Below are positions 11,601 through 21,208 of a stretch of DNA of 32,002 nucleotides, in pieces; position 1 is the stretch's first letter, and every line of letters begins with the position of its first letter. The stretch is taken from NCBI GenBank assembly GCA_032718475.1, contig JAUCBJ010008664.1, positions 1-32,002 of the forward strand, read 5' to 3'. The position numbers and the translations under genes are program-made. A model generated the notes under the pieces. That model was not told the DNA's origin and ran no database searches. It was given only the letters and a program-made list of their open reading frames with translations. The DNA comes from Nemertoderma westbladi. Taxonomy: Eukaryota > Animalia > Xenacoelomorpha.

Positions 11601-12528
11601 CGGTATCCATAGGTCCGAATGGAAGTTTTGATGTGGTGTTGTGATTGTTGTGGATCATGGGTTGTTGGCATGGGCTGTTGTGATTCGTGCGAGTCGTTTC
11701 TGGAATCATGCTGACCTCGGCCCCAGTGTCCACTAAGAATCGTTGCCCGGAAGTGCAATCCAGGGCAAAAAGCAGCAGATCGGGGTGGCCGGCCGTGGCC
11801 GCTGCTACTGGCCGGCTGGAGCGTTTCCTGCGAAAGTGCAGGGTGGGCGGCACTGCATAGCATTGGTACCGAAGGTTCAATGGTGGTAACACCACTCATC
11901 CTGTGCAGTTGCGGTTGAGGGTGCCGAGTTCATTGGCTTGGAGGCAGGGGTTCGAGTTGAGGTTGTCTTTCCGGTTTTTGGAAGCGCTTTTCATCCCGAC
12001 AACTACTGGTTTCGTAGCAGCGTGGGCGGAGAATGAGTTCAGCCGTGAAGTCACCCACAGCGTGTCAGCCCAGTCCGCGAGTCGGTCGAGGTCGCGAAAG
12101 TCCTCCTCGGCTAGTTAAAGGCGGATGTCAGCGGGCATCTGCCAGAGGAACACTTCCTCAAACAGCTGGCAGCTGTGGTTGTCACCAAGTAGTGCCTTCA
12201 TCTCGCTGAAAAGTTGAGAGGGACAGCGGTCACCGAGGCTGTTCAAATCCCAGAGCCGGGCAGCGCGGTCGCGGCGAGAAAGTCCGTAGGTCTTTAACAG
12301 CTTCGCCTTGATCGTGGTATACTGTTTGGTGGTGGGTGGGTTTCGAATGAGGTTGAGGAGTTGGCTGGTGGTGTCCTGGTCGAGGGCCCCCACCACTTAG
12401 TAATATTTAGTTTCCTCAGCAGTTATCCCCCAGTGGATGAACTGGGCCTTGGCCTGCTCGAACCACACATCCGGGTGTGTGGTCCAGAAGGTCGGCAGTT
12501 TGAGTGCAACTGCGTTGGCTTCAGCCAT
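8667..12528 (-). pseudogene. pol: Gypsy gag-pol, disrupted by multiple stops and frameshifts
   Basis: Gag starts MAEANAVALKLPTFWTTHPDVWFEQ at 12528 (in-frame TAA at ~12398). Protease FLVDTGAEVS lies in 11431-11895, RT DYRRLN...FSKIDL...MPFRLKNA...YLDD in 10585-11346, RNase H LIVDTSGTVVGAVL in 9854-10591, integrase H2C2 HGLSH...CMLC in 9564-10067, and the C-terminal VSVDRLKPA in 8667-8909. Confidence 0.94.
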
Positions 12529-12601
12529 TGCCTTGCAGCACTAGGAAGATAGAAGGGGTGCAGTGTTCTAGGGCTAACTTTAAAATACGTTCAAAGTCAT
12601 T

Positions 12602-12610
12602 GGGTCACCA
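12602..12610 (-). promoter_or_regulatory. Primer binding site of the Gypsy element (tRNA-Trp-like, partial match)
   Basis: The minus strand reads TGGTGACCC one base after the 5' LTR. This matches the first 9 nt of the usual tRNA-Trp PBS (TGGTGACCCCGACG), then diverges. Confidence 0.7.
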
Positions 12611-12611
12611 T

Positions 12612-12727
12612 TGTTGTAACTTGTTGTTGCAACTCAATAACAATGAAGCACTACAGAATGGTACCTTTTATCTAATAGTATGTTTCGAGTCTGAGTAGAT
12701 TGCAGAATGTAATATATGGCCACCACA
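12612..12727 (-). repeat. Gypsy 5' LTR (116 bp)
   Basis: TGTTGTAACTTGTTGTTGCAACTCAATAACAATGAAGCACTAC...GGCCACCACA, a diverged copy of 8459-8635 adjacent to the PBS. Confidence 0.93.
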
Positions 12728-12824
12728 TTGCTATACTTTTTTAAATTAGCGATATTTATAAATTTAATTTATTACTCATATCGATTAAAACTGTCTTTAC
12801 AACTTATATTTATTATTATCCACA

Positions 12825-15617
12825 ATGGAATGTATAGAAGGTCCTTATCGAATAACAAGAAACGGACGTAAAATCTGCCTCATCATCAATATTACTAAAT
12901 ATCTCAATAGTTGCCGTGATAGAACCGATGGATCCCAACGTGATGCCGAACATATCAAGAAAGTATTTGGTGACCAGCTTCACTGTGAGGTTATGGAATT
13001 TAAACCAGAAAACAACGGTTTTATAACACGTGAGCATTTAGTTTCAGGAATGACCAGTTTTCGTAACAATGATTGTTTGAAGGATATTGAATGCCTATTC
13101 GTTTTTTTGATGAGTCACGGTTGTAGAGGTTCACTTATTTGTTCAGACCAGGAACAGGTTCCCATACGAGACGTTATTAACTTATTATCAAATGACTGCC
13201 TTTCTCTAAGATTACCGGTAGCAAAACCTCGAATATTTTTTGTGGAAGCTTGTCAATCAAATAATGCTGACTTTGATCAATATGATATTGATATATCTAG
13301 TCATAAATTCAATCACATTGCATTGGCTATGGGTTGCAGCCCAGGCGAAACACTGCCACTATACAATGATCAAGGTTCCCTTTTTATAAGTACGGTTTGC
13401 GGAATCATAAGTTATATAATACAAAACCATATACGTGGAGAAATTAAGACATTATTTGGGAAGCTAAAATCAGAACCAATATCGTACGGTCAAGAAGGTC
13501 AAATGATATCTCATCCACAAGTGACTGACAATTTACTGCACAACTTATTCCTTCTCGACTTTGTGCAGAGTGTTTCCAAATTTAGAATTGACAGTTTGTG
13601 TGAGGTACACTTTAATGGAGCTGAAAAATACCTGAAATGTGGAATTAATGGGATTGGCATTTTTGAAAAGTCCACAGAAGAAATTCTGCAACTACCAATC
13701 CCATCTCACCAAGGTTTAATTACGAGTTGCGCACTATCGCAAAGTAATAATAGAGTAGCAGGATGTTCACAGAATGGCGGTGTAGTTATCTGGGACATCG
13801 GTTGTTATCCACCGACAATATTGTATGACATTCCGCATTCTCAAATAATAATGAATATTGAGAATGAAAATCCAATCAATCAACCAGTACTCACCCCACG
13901 CAGAGCTGTCTTCAACCCAACCAATGATTCAATAATTGCAACATGCCATTGTGGTGGAAGCTGCACAATCATCCATCTTGGCAGTCAAAATATTTTACAA
14001 ATGACATGGAGATTGCACGATAATGGTGGTGTATTTGATATTGCTTACTCCCCAGATGGTACAAAACTGGCTTCATGTGCTGATAAATGGTTGACAATAT
14101 GGAATTTGGAAGGGGTGCCAATGGCTTTACCAAAAAAAATTGAAAGTCATTTTTTTGAAACTACATCACTTCTTTGTGTTAGATGGACACCTAACGGAAG
14201 ATATATGTTAACCACAAGTGAAGGGGAATTTACTGTTTATTGTTACGATATTGAAAGAAGAGAAATTGTCTGGAAGAAGCCAATAGACGCTACTCGTATT
14301 GCGATTCATGAATTTGGTAATATTTTGGCTGTTGGGGGAAGTTTGGGAATCTATCTACTGAAAACTGCTACAGGAGAACAACTTCGAAAAGTTAGTGAAA
14401 AGGAAAACGCTGCTCTCATTGGTTTAGAGTTCTTGGGAGGCAACCTTCTCATTGGTTGGAGTATTGGGCTGGTTCTAGAATATAATTTAGAAACAATATT
14501 ACAGACAAATGAAGCAAATCCACATTCAACATACGAAGTTGAACTCTCTCTCCAAAGTGACAATTTTAAAGGCTATTCTTCACATCTTGATGGACAAGAT
14601 GGAGAAATCAATAGTATTAAAGAAGGGTTCACAAATAAGGATAAACAAGTGGTTGGGAATGATACTGTAAAAGAATATTCTCCACATCCTGATAAACATG
14701 ATTCTGGAAGATTTAAAAATTGTTCTACACATGATGATGAACACTTTAATGAACCTAACAATGCTAAAGAATATTATACTCTTGACGATGAACATATTCT
14801 AGAAACTTCAGGGAATTTTCATTCTACATATAATGTAGAAGATGTTGTTGGAAGTGATATTGTTGAAAAAAGTTTTTCTCACCATTATAATCATTCTGAA
14901 TCACAAATTGAAAATCCAACCATGCTGTTGAAGGATGCTGATCGCATTCTGAGAATCAGAATGGTAGCAAACCATCTAAAGCGTCGCGATCTTAGACACA
15001 TTAATTTTCTCTGTTCTGATATGATCGATGAGAAGTGGTCAGATGAAATCGTTTCAGGACCAAAAGAGGTTTATGATCTAAGTCAAACAGGTTTAATCGC
15101 AGTGGACAACATGCACATTTTAGATATTCTTCTGTATATGGTGGAACGAAAAGATCTATTGGAATTATTGAATACGAATAGTGTAACAGTTAAAACTAGA
15201 TTACAACCTAGTCCCTTTAAATACTTCTCACCGTATCGCTGTCTACTTTATGAGGTGGCAAAGGACTTTGCAATGAAGGATTTCAGGGATTTTAAGAAGA
15301 TGTGTTGGACTCGCAATTTATTGATTACTCACTATTCTTGGGCTGATGTTACTGACACCATAGGACTAATTCGAATTCTAGAAAAGTCTAAAATCATTTC
15401 TGAGGACAATATATCCACACTTACTGAGTTTGTATCTGAAAAAGCAAATTTAGGAAAAACCCACAGTATGTTAGTCAAATACATAGATAGATTATCGTTA
15501 AAGAAACGTCACAAGGAAGATTGTCAACTGCATGAAGAGTTCCTCCAGGTGCCAGGGAACAAATCAGTAGATTCCCCAATAGTTAAGTCAGGTCAGGAGA
15601 TAAGCGAAAAGAGATAG
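12825..15617 (+). CDS. 930-aa protein: N-terminal caspase (peptidase C14A) domain, WD40 beta-propeller, acidic linker, two C-terminal death effector domains
   Basis: Uninterrupted ORF with start context ACAATGG and an in-frame TAA at 12786. Caspase, aa ~8-245: CLIIN, FLMSHG (His98), KPRIFFVEACQ (Cys143), p10-like GSLFISTVC and HPQVTDNLLHNLFL. WD40, aa ~250-556: HQGLITSCALSQSNNRVAGCSQNGGVVIWD, VFDIAYSPDGTKLASCADKWLTIWNL, LCVRWTPNGRYMLT. DED1, aa ~705-783: DLRHINFLC...LIAVDNMHIL...RKDLL. DED2, aa ~801-888: SPYRCLLYEVAKDF...LEKSKIISEDNISTL. Confidence 0.9.
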   Translation: MECIEGPYRITRNGRKICLIINITKYLNSCRDRTDGSQRDAEHIKKVFGDQLHCEVMEFKPENNGFITREHLVSGMTSFRNNDCLKDIECLFVFLMSHGCRGSLICSDQEQVPIRDVINLLSNDCLSLRLPVAKPRIFFVEACQSNNADFDQYDIDISSHKFNHIALAMGCSPGETLPLYNDQGSLFISTVCGIISYIIQNHIRGEIKTLFGKLKSEPISYGQEGQMISHPQVTDNLLHNLFLLDFVQSVSKFRIDSLCEVHFNGAEKYLKCGINGIGIFEKSTEEILQLPIPSHQGLITSCALSQSNNRVAGCSQNGGVVIWDIGCYPPTILYDIPHSQIIMNIENENPINQPVLTPRRAVFNPTNDSIIATCHCGGSCTIIHLGSQNILQMTWRLHDNGGVFDIAYSPDGTKLASCADKWLTIWNLEGVPMALPKKIESHFFETTSLLCVRWTPNGRYMLTTSEGEFTVYCYDIERREIVWKKPIDATRIAIHEFGNILAVGGSLGIYLLKTATGEQLRKVSEKENAALIGLEFLGGNLLIGWSIGLVLEYNLETILQTNEANPHSTYEVELSLQSDNFKGYSSHLDGQDGEINSIKEGFTNKDKQVVGNDTVKEYSPHPDKHDSGRFKNCSTHDDEHFNEPNNAKEYYTLDDEHILETSGNFHSTYNVEDVVGSDIVEKSFSHHYNHSESQIENPTMLLKDADRILRIRMVANHLKRRDLRHINFLCSDMIDEKWSDEIVSGPKEVYDLSQTGLIAVDNMHILDILLYMVERKDLLELLNTNSVTVKTRLQPSPFKYFSPYRCLLYEVAKDFAMKDFRDFKKMCWTRNLLITHYSWADVTDTIGLIRILEKSKIISEDNISTLTEFVSEKANLGKTHSMLVKYIDRLSLKKRHKEDCQLHEEFLQVPGNKSVDSPIVKSGQEISEKR

Positions 15618-15671
15618 GCGATAGTCGATAGGCGATAAGAGCTAAGCGATAGGCTATAAGAGGTAGGCGAT
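15599..15671 (+). repeat. Short degenerate GCGATAG-type heptamer repeat spanning the stop codon
   Basis: GATAAGCGAAAAGAGATAGGCGATAGTCGATAGGCGATAAGAGCTAAGCGATAGGCTATAAGAGGTAGGCGAT. Confidence 0.7.
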
Positions 15672-15870
15672 CTGCACAACCCATCTCATATCTCAAGCCG
15701 ATCTCTCCATTTCAAACCTTTAGATTCCAATAATATGGAAATCGGTGCATCGGGAAATCTGGAATTACACATCCTTTAGTTCTTATTAAGTATCTGAAAA
15801 CTCATTTATTTCACCTTTATTACATTAATTTGAAATCAATTGATTTGATTGTGGACAATTTAAAATTTAA

Positions 15871-16224
15871 GCCCCCCCCCCCCCCCCCCCCCCCCTCACT
15901 CGGAGCAACTCAGGTTTGGTACAACCTGTGTTTTAAGAAAGTACCTCGAGTGAGGGAGTCTGCAATAAGTTGCTGGATTCGGGACACTCTCAGCAACATT
16001 TGGCAACAAACGTATTAAGGACGTTTCTGTGTGAGGTAGTCAGAGACCTACCTAATATTATTTTAATGGTTTGCGTAGTTTTATAGTTTAATTAAAAGAC
16101 TGGAAACTTTTTAGCTATTTATTTTAAAATAAATTATTGTTATTCTTGAGAAAAAGGTTTCCCTCGTGTGAGGAGTCTAGCAACAAGTTGCAGAAACAAG
16201 TTGCTCCGTGTTAGGGGGAGGGGC
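15871..16224. mobile_element. PIF/Harbinger-like MITE (~350 bp)
   Basis: Imperfect TIRs GCCC...CCCCTCACTCGGAGCAACT and AGTTGCTCCGTGTTAGGGGGAGGGGC, flanked by TAA on both sides (3-bp TSD), with internal subterminal AAGTTGC repeats. Confidence 0.7.
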
Positions 16225-16882
16225 TAATTATTATGCAATAGGTGATGTACAGTATGTGGTGGCGGTTTATGGTTTAATCTAATTGTTTTTGCTGTTGAAT
16301 TAGGAAATAAATTTAAAAGTAAATAGTAATCGACTAGGGCTATTAAGATTAAGATTGAAATATTAAGGCATGGTCTATTAAGATTACGTTTTCACTTAAG
16401 AAGACACATAATTAAACATTATTCTGCATCACATTACTTAAAGGCAGGGTTCCGGAGTTGGAATGTTTAATAAATGAATAGGACTCCAAGTCCATAATTA
16501 AGCATTGTTTTGTAATCCTCATGTTTATCTTAGAAACCAATATGATGTATTCTCATTCAAAAATGAACGCATATACTGACAATGATTGTTGGAATTAAGC
16601 ATAATTCACATTTGAGTTTTTTTCAAATTAATTTAATTTTTGGTTTGGGAAAGATTTCGGCAAGAGACGGAGTCTTTTTTACGTCAGATTTGGAGTCTTC
16701 AAATTTTTCCAGGACTCCGGAAACTTTCTTATAGGAGTAATTTCTCCACCCTAGGCTTCTGTTCGCTGAGAAAATCATGGCAATATGAAGAAATGAACTC
16801 AAAAAGAGTTGACTCCATGAAAAAATCAAACGAGTTTAATTCGATTTATCGATGAACAAGAATTTTAAAAGTTAAATAAAGA

Positions 16883-16927
16883 AAAGTAAAGTTTTCTTCG
16901 GGTGTTACTCACCCGAAGGCCAGGGAT
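16883..16927. repeat. Dispersed repeat terminus with a perfect 9-bp hairpin; related partial copy at 7597-7632
   Basis: AAAGTAAAGTTTTCTTCGG is identical at 7597 and 16883, and both copies are followed by CAGGGATT. The right copy forms CTTCGGGTG-TTACT-CACCCGAAG (16896-16918). Confidence 0.65.
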
Positions 16928-18404
16928 TTCGAACAAAGTATTACGATTTAATTCCAATGCGGCCCCCAGAACTATAGGCCTACCCCCAGAGGAAACTCCA
17001 TACTCATTAGCTACTACTTCAGGGTGCAAGGCAGAGATGCGCCCTGGCTAGTCCATTTAAATCATTCTTGCCGAAGCGAAAACTACCCTTGCAAACCTCC
17101 AAAGAAATGTTAATTCAAGGCAATGGATTTAACCACTACAGCAAAGTGGGACACATTATTAGTAATTTTGTAGCATCAAACTCTGAGAAATTTAAAAAAC
17201 ATATACACATAGCTTTAATAAGATAATAATAACATAACATAAGATAATGACGATTTCAAGTTATCAAGTGTTAATTAAGCTTTACTCCTGTAAATGATAC
17301 GTAATTACTATATCTACAGGAGCAACCTGCGTAAATACACATTCGTTGGTACAGTACTTCGAGCAGTACAAGTCTAGATGAGCCTTAGCTTGCAGTATTA
17401 TTAGTGGATAAGGTCCAGGTCACTCCTACCAAAATTTAGATGATTCTGATAGTTGTTTCTATAATAATTATAGCTACTCCAAGTTTTCTCACAATTCGCC
17501 CCCTAGCGGACGACAGATGAACTATAGAACTTATACAGTATCTGTGTGTGGAATTTCTAAACTTTTGATAGACTACATTTGTATAAGTTTGCTTATTAGC
17601 GTTCAAACATTTTCCAACTACGACAACGACAGTAACGTAGCGTTCTCACCCACACGGCAGAGGCTTCTCAGAATCAACAAGCAAAATTCGGTATGGTATA
17701 GGGAAATCACCATTCTATCTGACAAACTGCTATGTTTCCGGTGTGATGGAAAATAATGTCAGTGATAGTGAGATTGAAACATCAAACGTCAGATAACATT
17801 TATTATAATGTCGGTATAAATAAAGGCACTTCTTTATCTACTTATGGCTTTATGTTTGCACGATACATCAGTTAGGCAAAGGGGTATATTGTGTATGTAA
17901 TGTACTCCATGGACTGGGTATATTATGGACTAAAGGGGTGATATTTTATGTCAATGACTATTCCGTTGTTAACCTTGTTAATATTTAATATAAAGGACCC
18001 CCTCAGAAATAAGCTGACAAGCTTTAGGGGATTTCCGATTCCCTGTATGTTAGATAAATATTATTATTAAATGTAATAATTACAATTGCTTTGTATTACA
18101 ATATTAGTGTAAGTACAGCATGTCACCCTTCGGCTCATTTTTTGTCGTTCTGTCATCCATATACCAAACGTGACACGCATAACTTCAAATTAAAGAGACC
18201 GTTATGACGTCACTGTTACATAAATGTACAGTAGGCGTAAAAACAATGAAGTTCTTAATTAATAGTAAACCTAACTCAATTACTATCTTTAAATGCTTGC
18301 CTACCACAAACTGGAATACACCATAGGCCTACCTTTTGTAAATATAATATATTATTTTAATAATTATTTAATCATCAGTAAATATATCATTTTACATTAT
18401 ATAT

Positions 18405-18682
18405 TTAATGAGGGGCGAGCGACGAAAGTAAGCGAGCTTAGCATACAGGTACCACTAACTCAATCGGTGTGTCTGTAGGGCGAGCAACGAAGTGAGTGAG
18501 CCTTAGCGTAGTGGTACCATTAATCAACCTGTCGTTCTGTCGCTTTTTTTGCGGTGTTCAATTTTGAACGTTAATAACTCGATCAATCCTCGATGAAATG
18601 TAACCAAACTTGGTACACAAATAGTCTGTCAAAAGTTTAGAAATTTTCCAAGTTGAATTTGCTTGGGGCCTTCGTGCAGCAC
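18405..18682 (+). mobile_element. Helentron/DINE-like non-autonomous element fragment, copy 1
   Basis: Duplicated GGGCGAGC.ACGAA.GT.AG.GAGC motif, then a TTCTGTCG...AATAACTCGA...CCAAACTTGGTACACA...AAAAGTTTAGAAATTTTCCAAGTTGAATTT core repeated at ~20410-20552. The family assignment is by resemblance only. Confidence 0.5.
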
Positions 18683-19789
18683 CAGTGTAACTGTCTTACA
18701 GTTATAATAAATTTATTTATCCAAAATTATAACACTTGACATCAGCAGGTTGTTAGGAGACTAAATCAGCTGGGTTTCTGCAATTACAAATTACAGTACT
18801 GCAGTAATACCATTGTGGCCTGTCTGCCTGTACCGGTACTATACTCAATGTCAATCCCTGAATCAGGAATCCTGCAATCAGACAATACTGCAATACCATA
18901 CTGTATTCGGTGTTTTACGGTACTGGCTGACTGGTACCGGTACCGGTGCAGTGATTATAGTTCACGTATACTGGTACAGGACAGGCTGACAGGCCTCTGT
19001 AGGCCCTAATTAGCCATGCCTGCATGCTATGCACTGAAGTGCGGACTCCGGAGTGCTGGACTGTGGTCCTGAATTAGATTAGAGGGTCCGTTGGCGCCGT
19101 ACCGCCCTACTACTGTCAGACTGTAGAACCGGACTGGTAGCAACTGCCAACTACAGAACTACAGGTACGGTACCGGTACTGAACTACGACAGCACTATAC
19201 CGCATTTCTACGCTCCTGTCAGCGACGGAAGAAAATGAATTTCTTCATTTGCGGTTTCTACTCTTGTTAACGGTTAAATATGTTAATTAAAGACTATGTA
19301 TTGGTACGACCGACGGCACCGCACTGGCAACTGGTATAATCAGATGTAGATGTACATACCAATCTGCCAATACAACAATAGCAATAGGCCTACCCCTACC
19401 AACCATCCATCGACTCGGCAACTGCAACAATGGAAGTTATGTGGACTAACCAGCTGACCGGCATTCTAAGATCAGGTACCCACTACCAGAGTCTACCCAG
19501 CTGCCCAGAAAAGTGTTGGAATTGAAATCAAACAACTCACCACCAAGGCCGCCTCTGTCTGTTGACCTCGACTTTCGGTATCGCTGCCGCTACGGGCAAA
19601 CTGGACTAACCGTAACCGAGGATGAAATAATCCGGTTTTTTAATCTCACTCTGCCATCACCCAGTGCCCGGCGGTGTTGAAATTGACACGCATTGTACAA
19701 GCAGTAGGCCTATTGCTCCGAGTTTCCGGCTGGTCGGGTGCAACTACTGCATCTACATTGCCACACTATAACTCGGGCTCATGAGGAAT

Positions 19790-20136
19790 GAGTGCTGCGT
19801 AGACTATATTCCTATAAACCAAAACCATACCTGGCTTCGCCTATTGAACGCATTATAAAGATCGTCAGTCTTCGTTTAGGAAAGATATTTAAATACAAAA
19901 CAGGACGAGCACAACGAGACTTATAATGAAGACGAGTACTGCGTTGACTATTATTATTATATAAACCACCTGGCTTCACATATTGAACGCATCCCTTGTT
20001 ATTATTATTATAAAGATCGTCAGCCTGCGTTTAAGAAATATTTTTAAATACAAAACAGGACGAACTCAACGAGGCTTATAATGAACGTACTGCGTTTATT
20101 ATATTCCTATAAACCACATGGCTTCGCATATTGAAC
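19790..20136. repeat. Tandem repeat with a ~145-155-bp unit, about 2.3 copies
   Basis: GAGT.CTGCGT.GACTAT...CCTGGCTTC.C.TATTGAACG...TATAAAGATCGTCAG...TTTAAATACAAAACAGGACGA..CAACGAG.CTTATAATGAA is repeated. Confidence 0.88.
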
Positions 20137-20364
20137 GTGCGATTGGAAATAAGTTTGTGCTACCCTTCCGCCCCGTCAGCCCGTGGGTGGTAGATTAGCG
20201 GTTATGTATTGGTTGGTGAGAAGGGGAGGGGGGGGGGGGGGGGGTGCAGATTTAAAGGGCTGAACACGTATTGTCCCCCTTTCTTTGATTGATTGGCGGT
20301 GTGGTTAAATTTCTCAAATACTTATTTTGTGATACAGTCGCTCAATTTTAATTTGTATCTCATA

Positions 20365-20555
20365 ACTGGGCCTCGTGCTGCGTGAAGGCCCCACGAACGT
20401 GTCGTTCTGTCATTCTGTCGCTTTTTTTGCAGTGTTCAATTTTAAACGTTAATAACTCGACCAATCTTCGATGAAATCTATCCAAACTTGGTACACATGT
20501 TGTTTGGCAAAAGTTTAGAAATTTTCCAAGTTGAATTTTCGTGAGGCCTTCGAGA
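20365..20555 (+). mobile_element. Helentron/DINE-like non-autonomous element fragment, copy 2
   Basis: Direct repeat of ~18531-18674. It is preceded by CGTGCTGCGTGAAGGCCCCA, whose reverse complement recurs approximately at ~18664 and ~21672. Confidence 0.5.
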
Positions 20556-21208
20556 AGCTATAATAATAGCAAGTAATTAGTTAATTAAATTGATTACGGT
20601 AAAAACAGCACTTTCAACCTGCCTTTTAAAGGAAATTAATTATTTTACAGTATAAGATTTAAATAATTATACTTAAAAATTATACAGATGTAATCCACAT
20701 ACCCCATTCTATTATAGTTTTTAATTGATCACTAATTAATTAGTGTCTTTAATTGATCTAAACGTAATTAAAGCAGCATAATTATTGAGTACAAATTTAA
20801 TCCTGCCCATTATTGGTTAACATAGTCTCTGCGGGGGTGTAGAGCTGCTAGCTGGCTGGGAGATGTAATAGGCAACCAGTAGTATTGCTATAGCAACCCA
20901 GACATAACTCCAACCATACACTGCCTGTATTTCAATTCCTATTGACTCTATACTATAAATGTTGTATTACTTACTATCTCAGGTGACAGAAGATATAATG
21001 ACTTGTAGGCTTATATCTGAAATAGTTTATTCCGCAATATATTTTTCTGGTTATTTTTTAATTGAATTTTTGCAAAGTAGTAAAATTAATGTTCTTAAAA
21101 ATAATATTATTATATTATTTTATATGTAACCTAGAAAATTATCTAAATTTTTTCGCTGCAGCTTTAAGAGTGTCCACATTGATTTAATATTATTTCAATA
21201 CCCATATT

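Larger units (their letters stand above)
8459..12727 (-). mobile_element. Full-length decayed Gypsy/Ty3 LTR retrotransposon (~4.3 kb)
   Basis: Two TG...CA LTRs (8459-8635 and 12612-12727), flanks TTAC / TTGC (4-bp TSD with one mismatch), PBS and PPT, and the internal order gag-PR-RT-RH-IN. It is visibly more GC-rich than its flanks. Confidence 0.95.

Noticed and set aside
8735-12698. Numerous overlapping short ORFs on both strands within the Gypsy element
   Set aside because: They are alternative-frame or antisense products of the GC-rich, frameshifted gag-pol.
12825-15617. Assigning the symbol CASP8 or CFLAR, or calling it a processed retrocopy
   Set aside because: The domain order and active-site motif differ from both genes. 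No poly(A) remnant or TSD is visible, so orthology and retrocopy origin cannot be supported from this sequence.
17860-18075. Possible 3' tail of a CR1/L2-type LINE (CCCCCTCAGAAATAAGC...GCTTTAGGGG stem-loop followed by ATT repeats)
   Set aside because: The resemblance is suggestive only. There is no adjacent RT coding sequence or second copy to support it.
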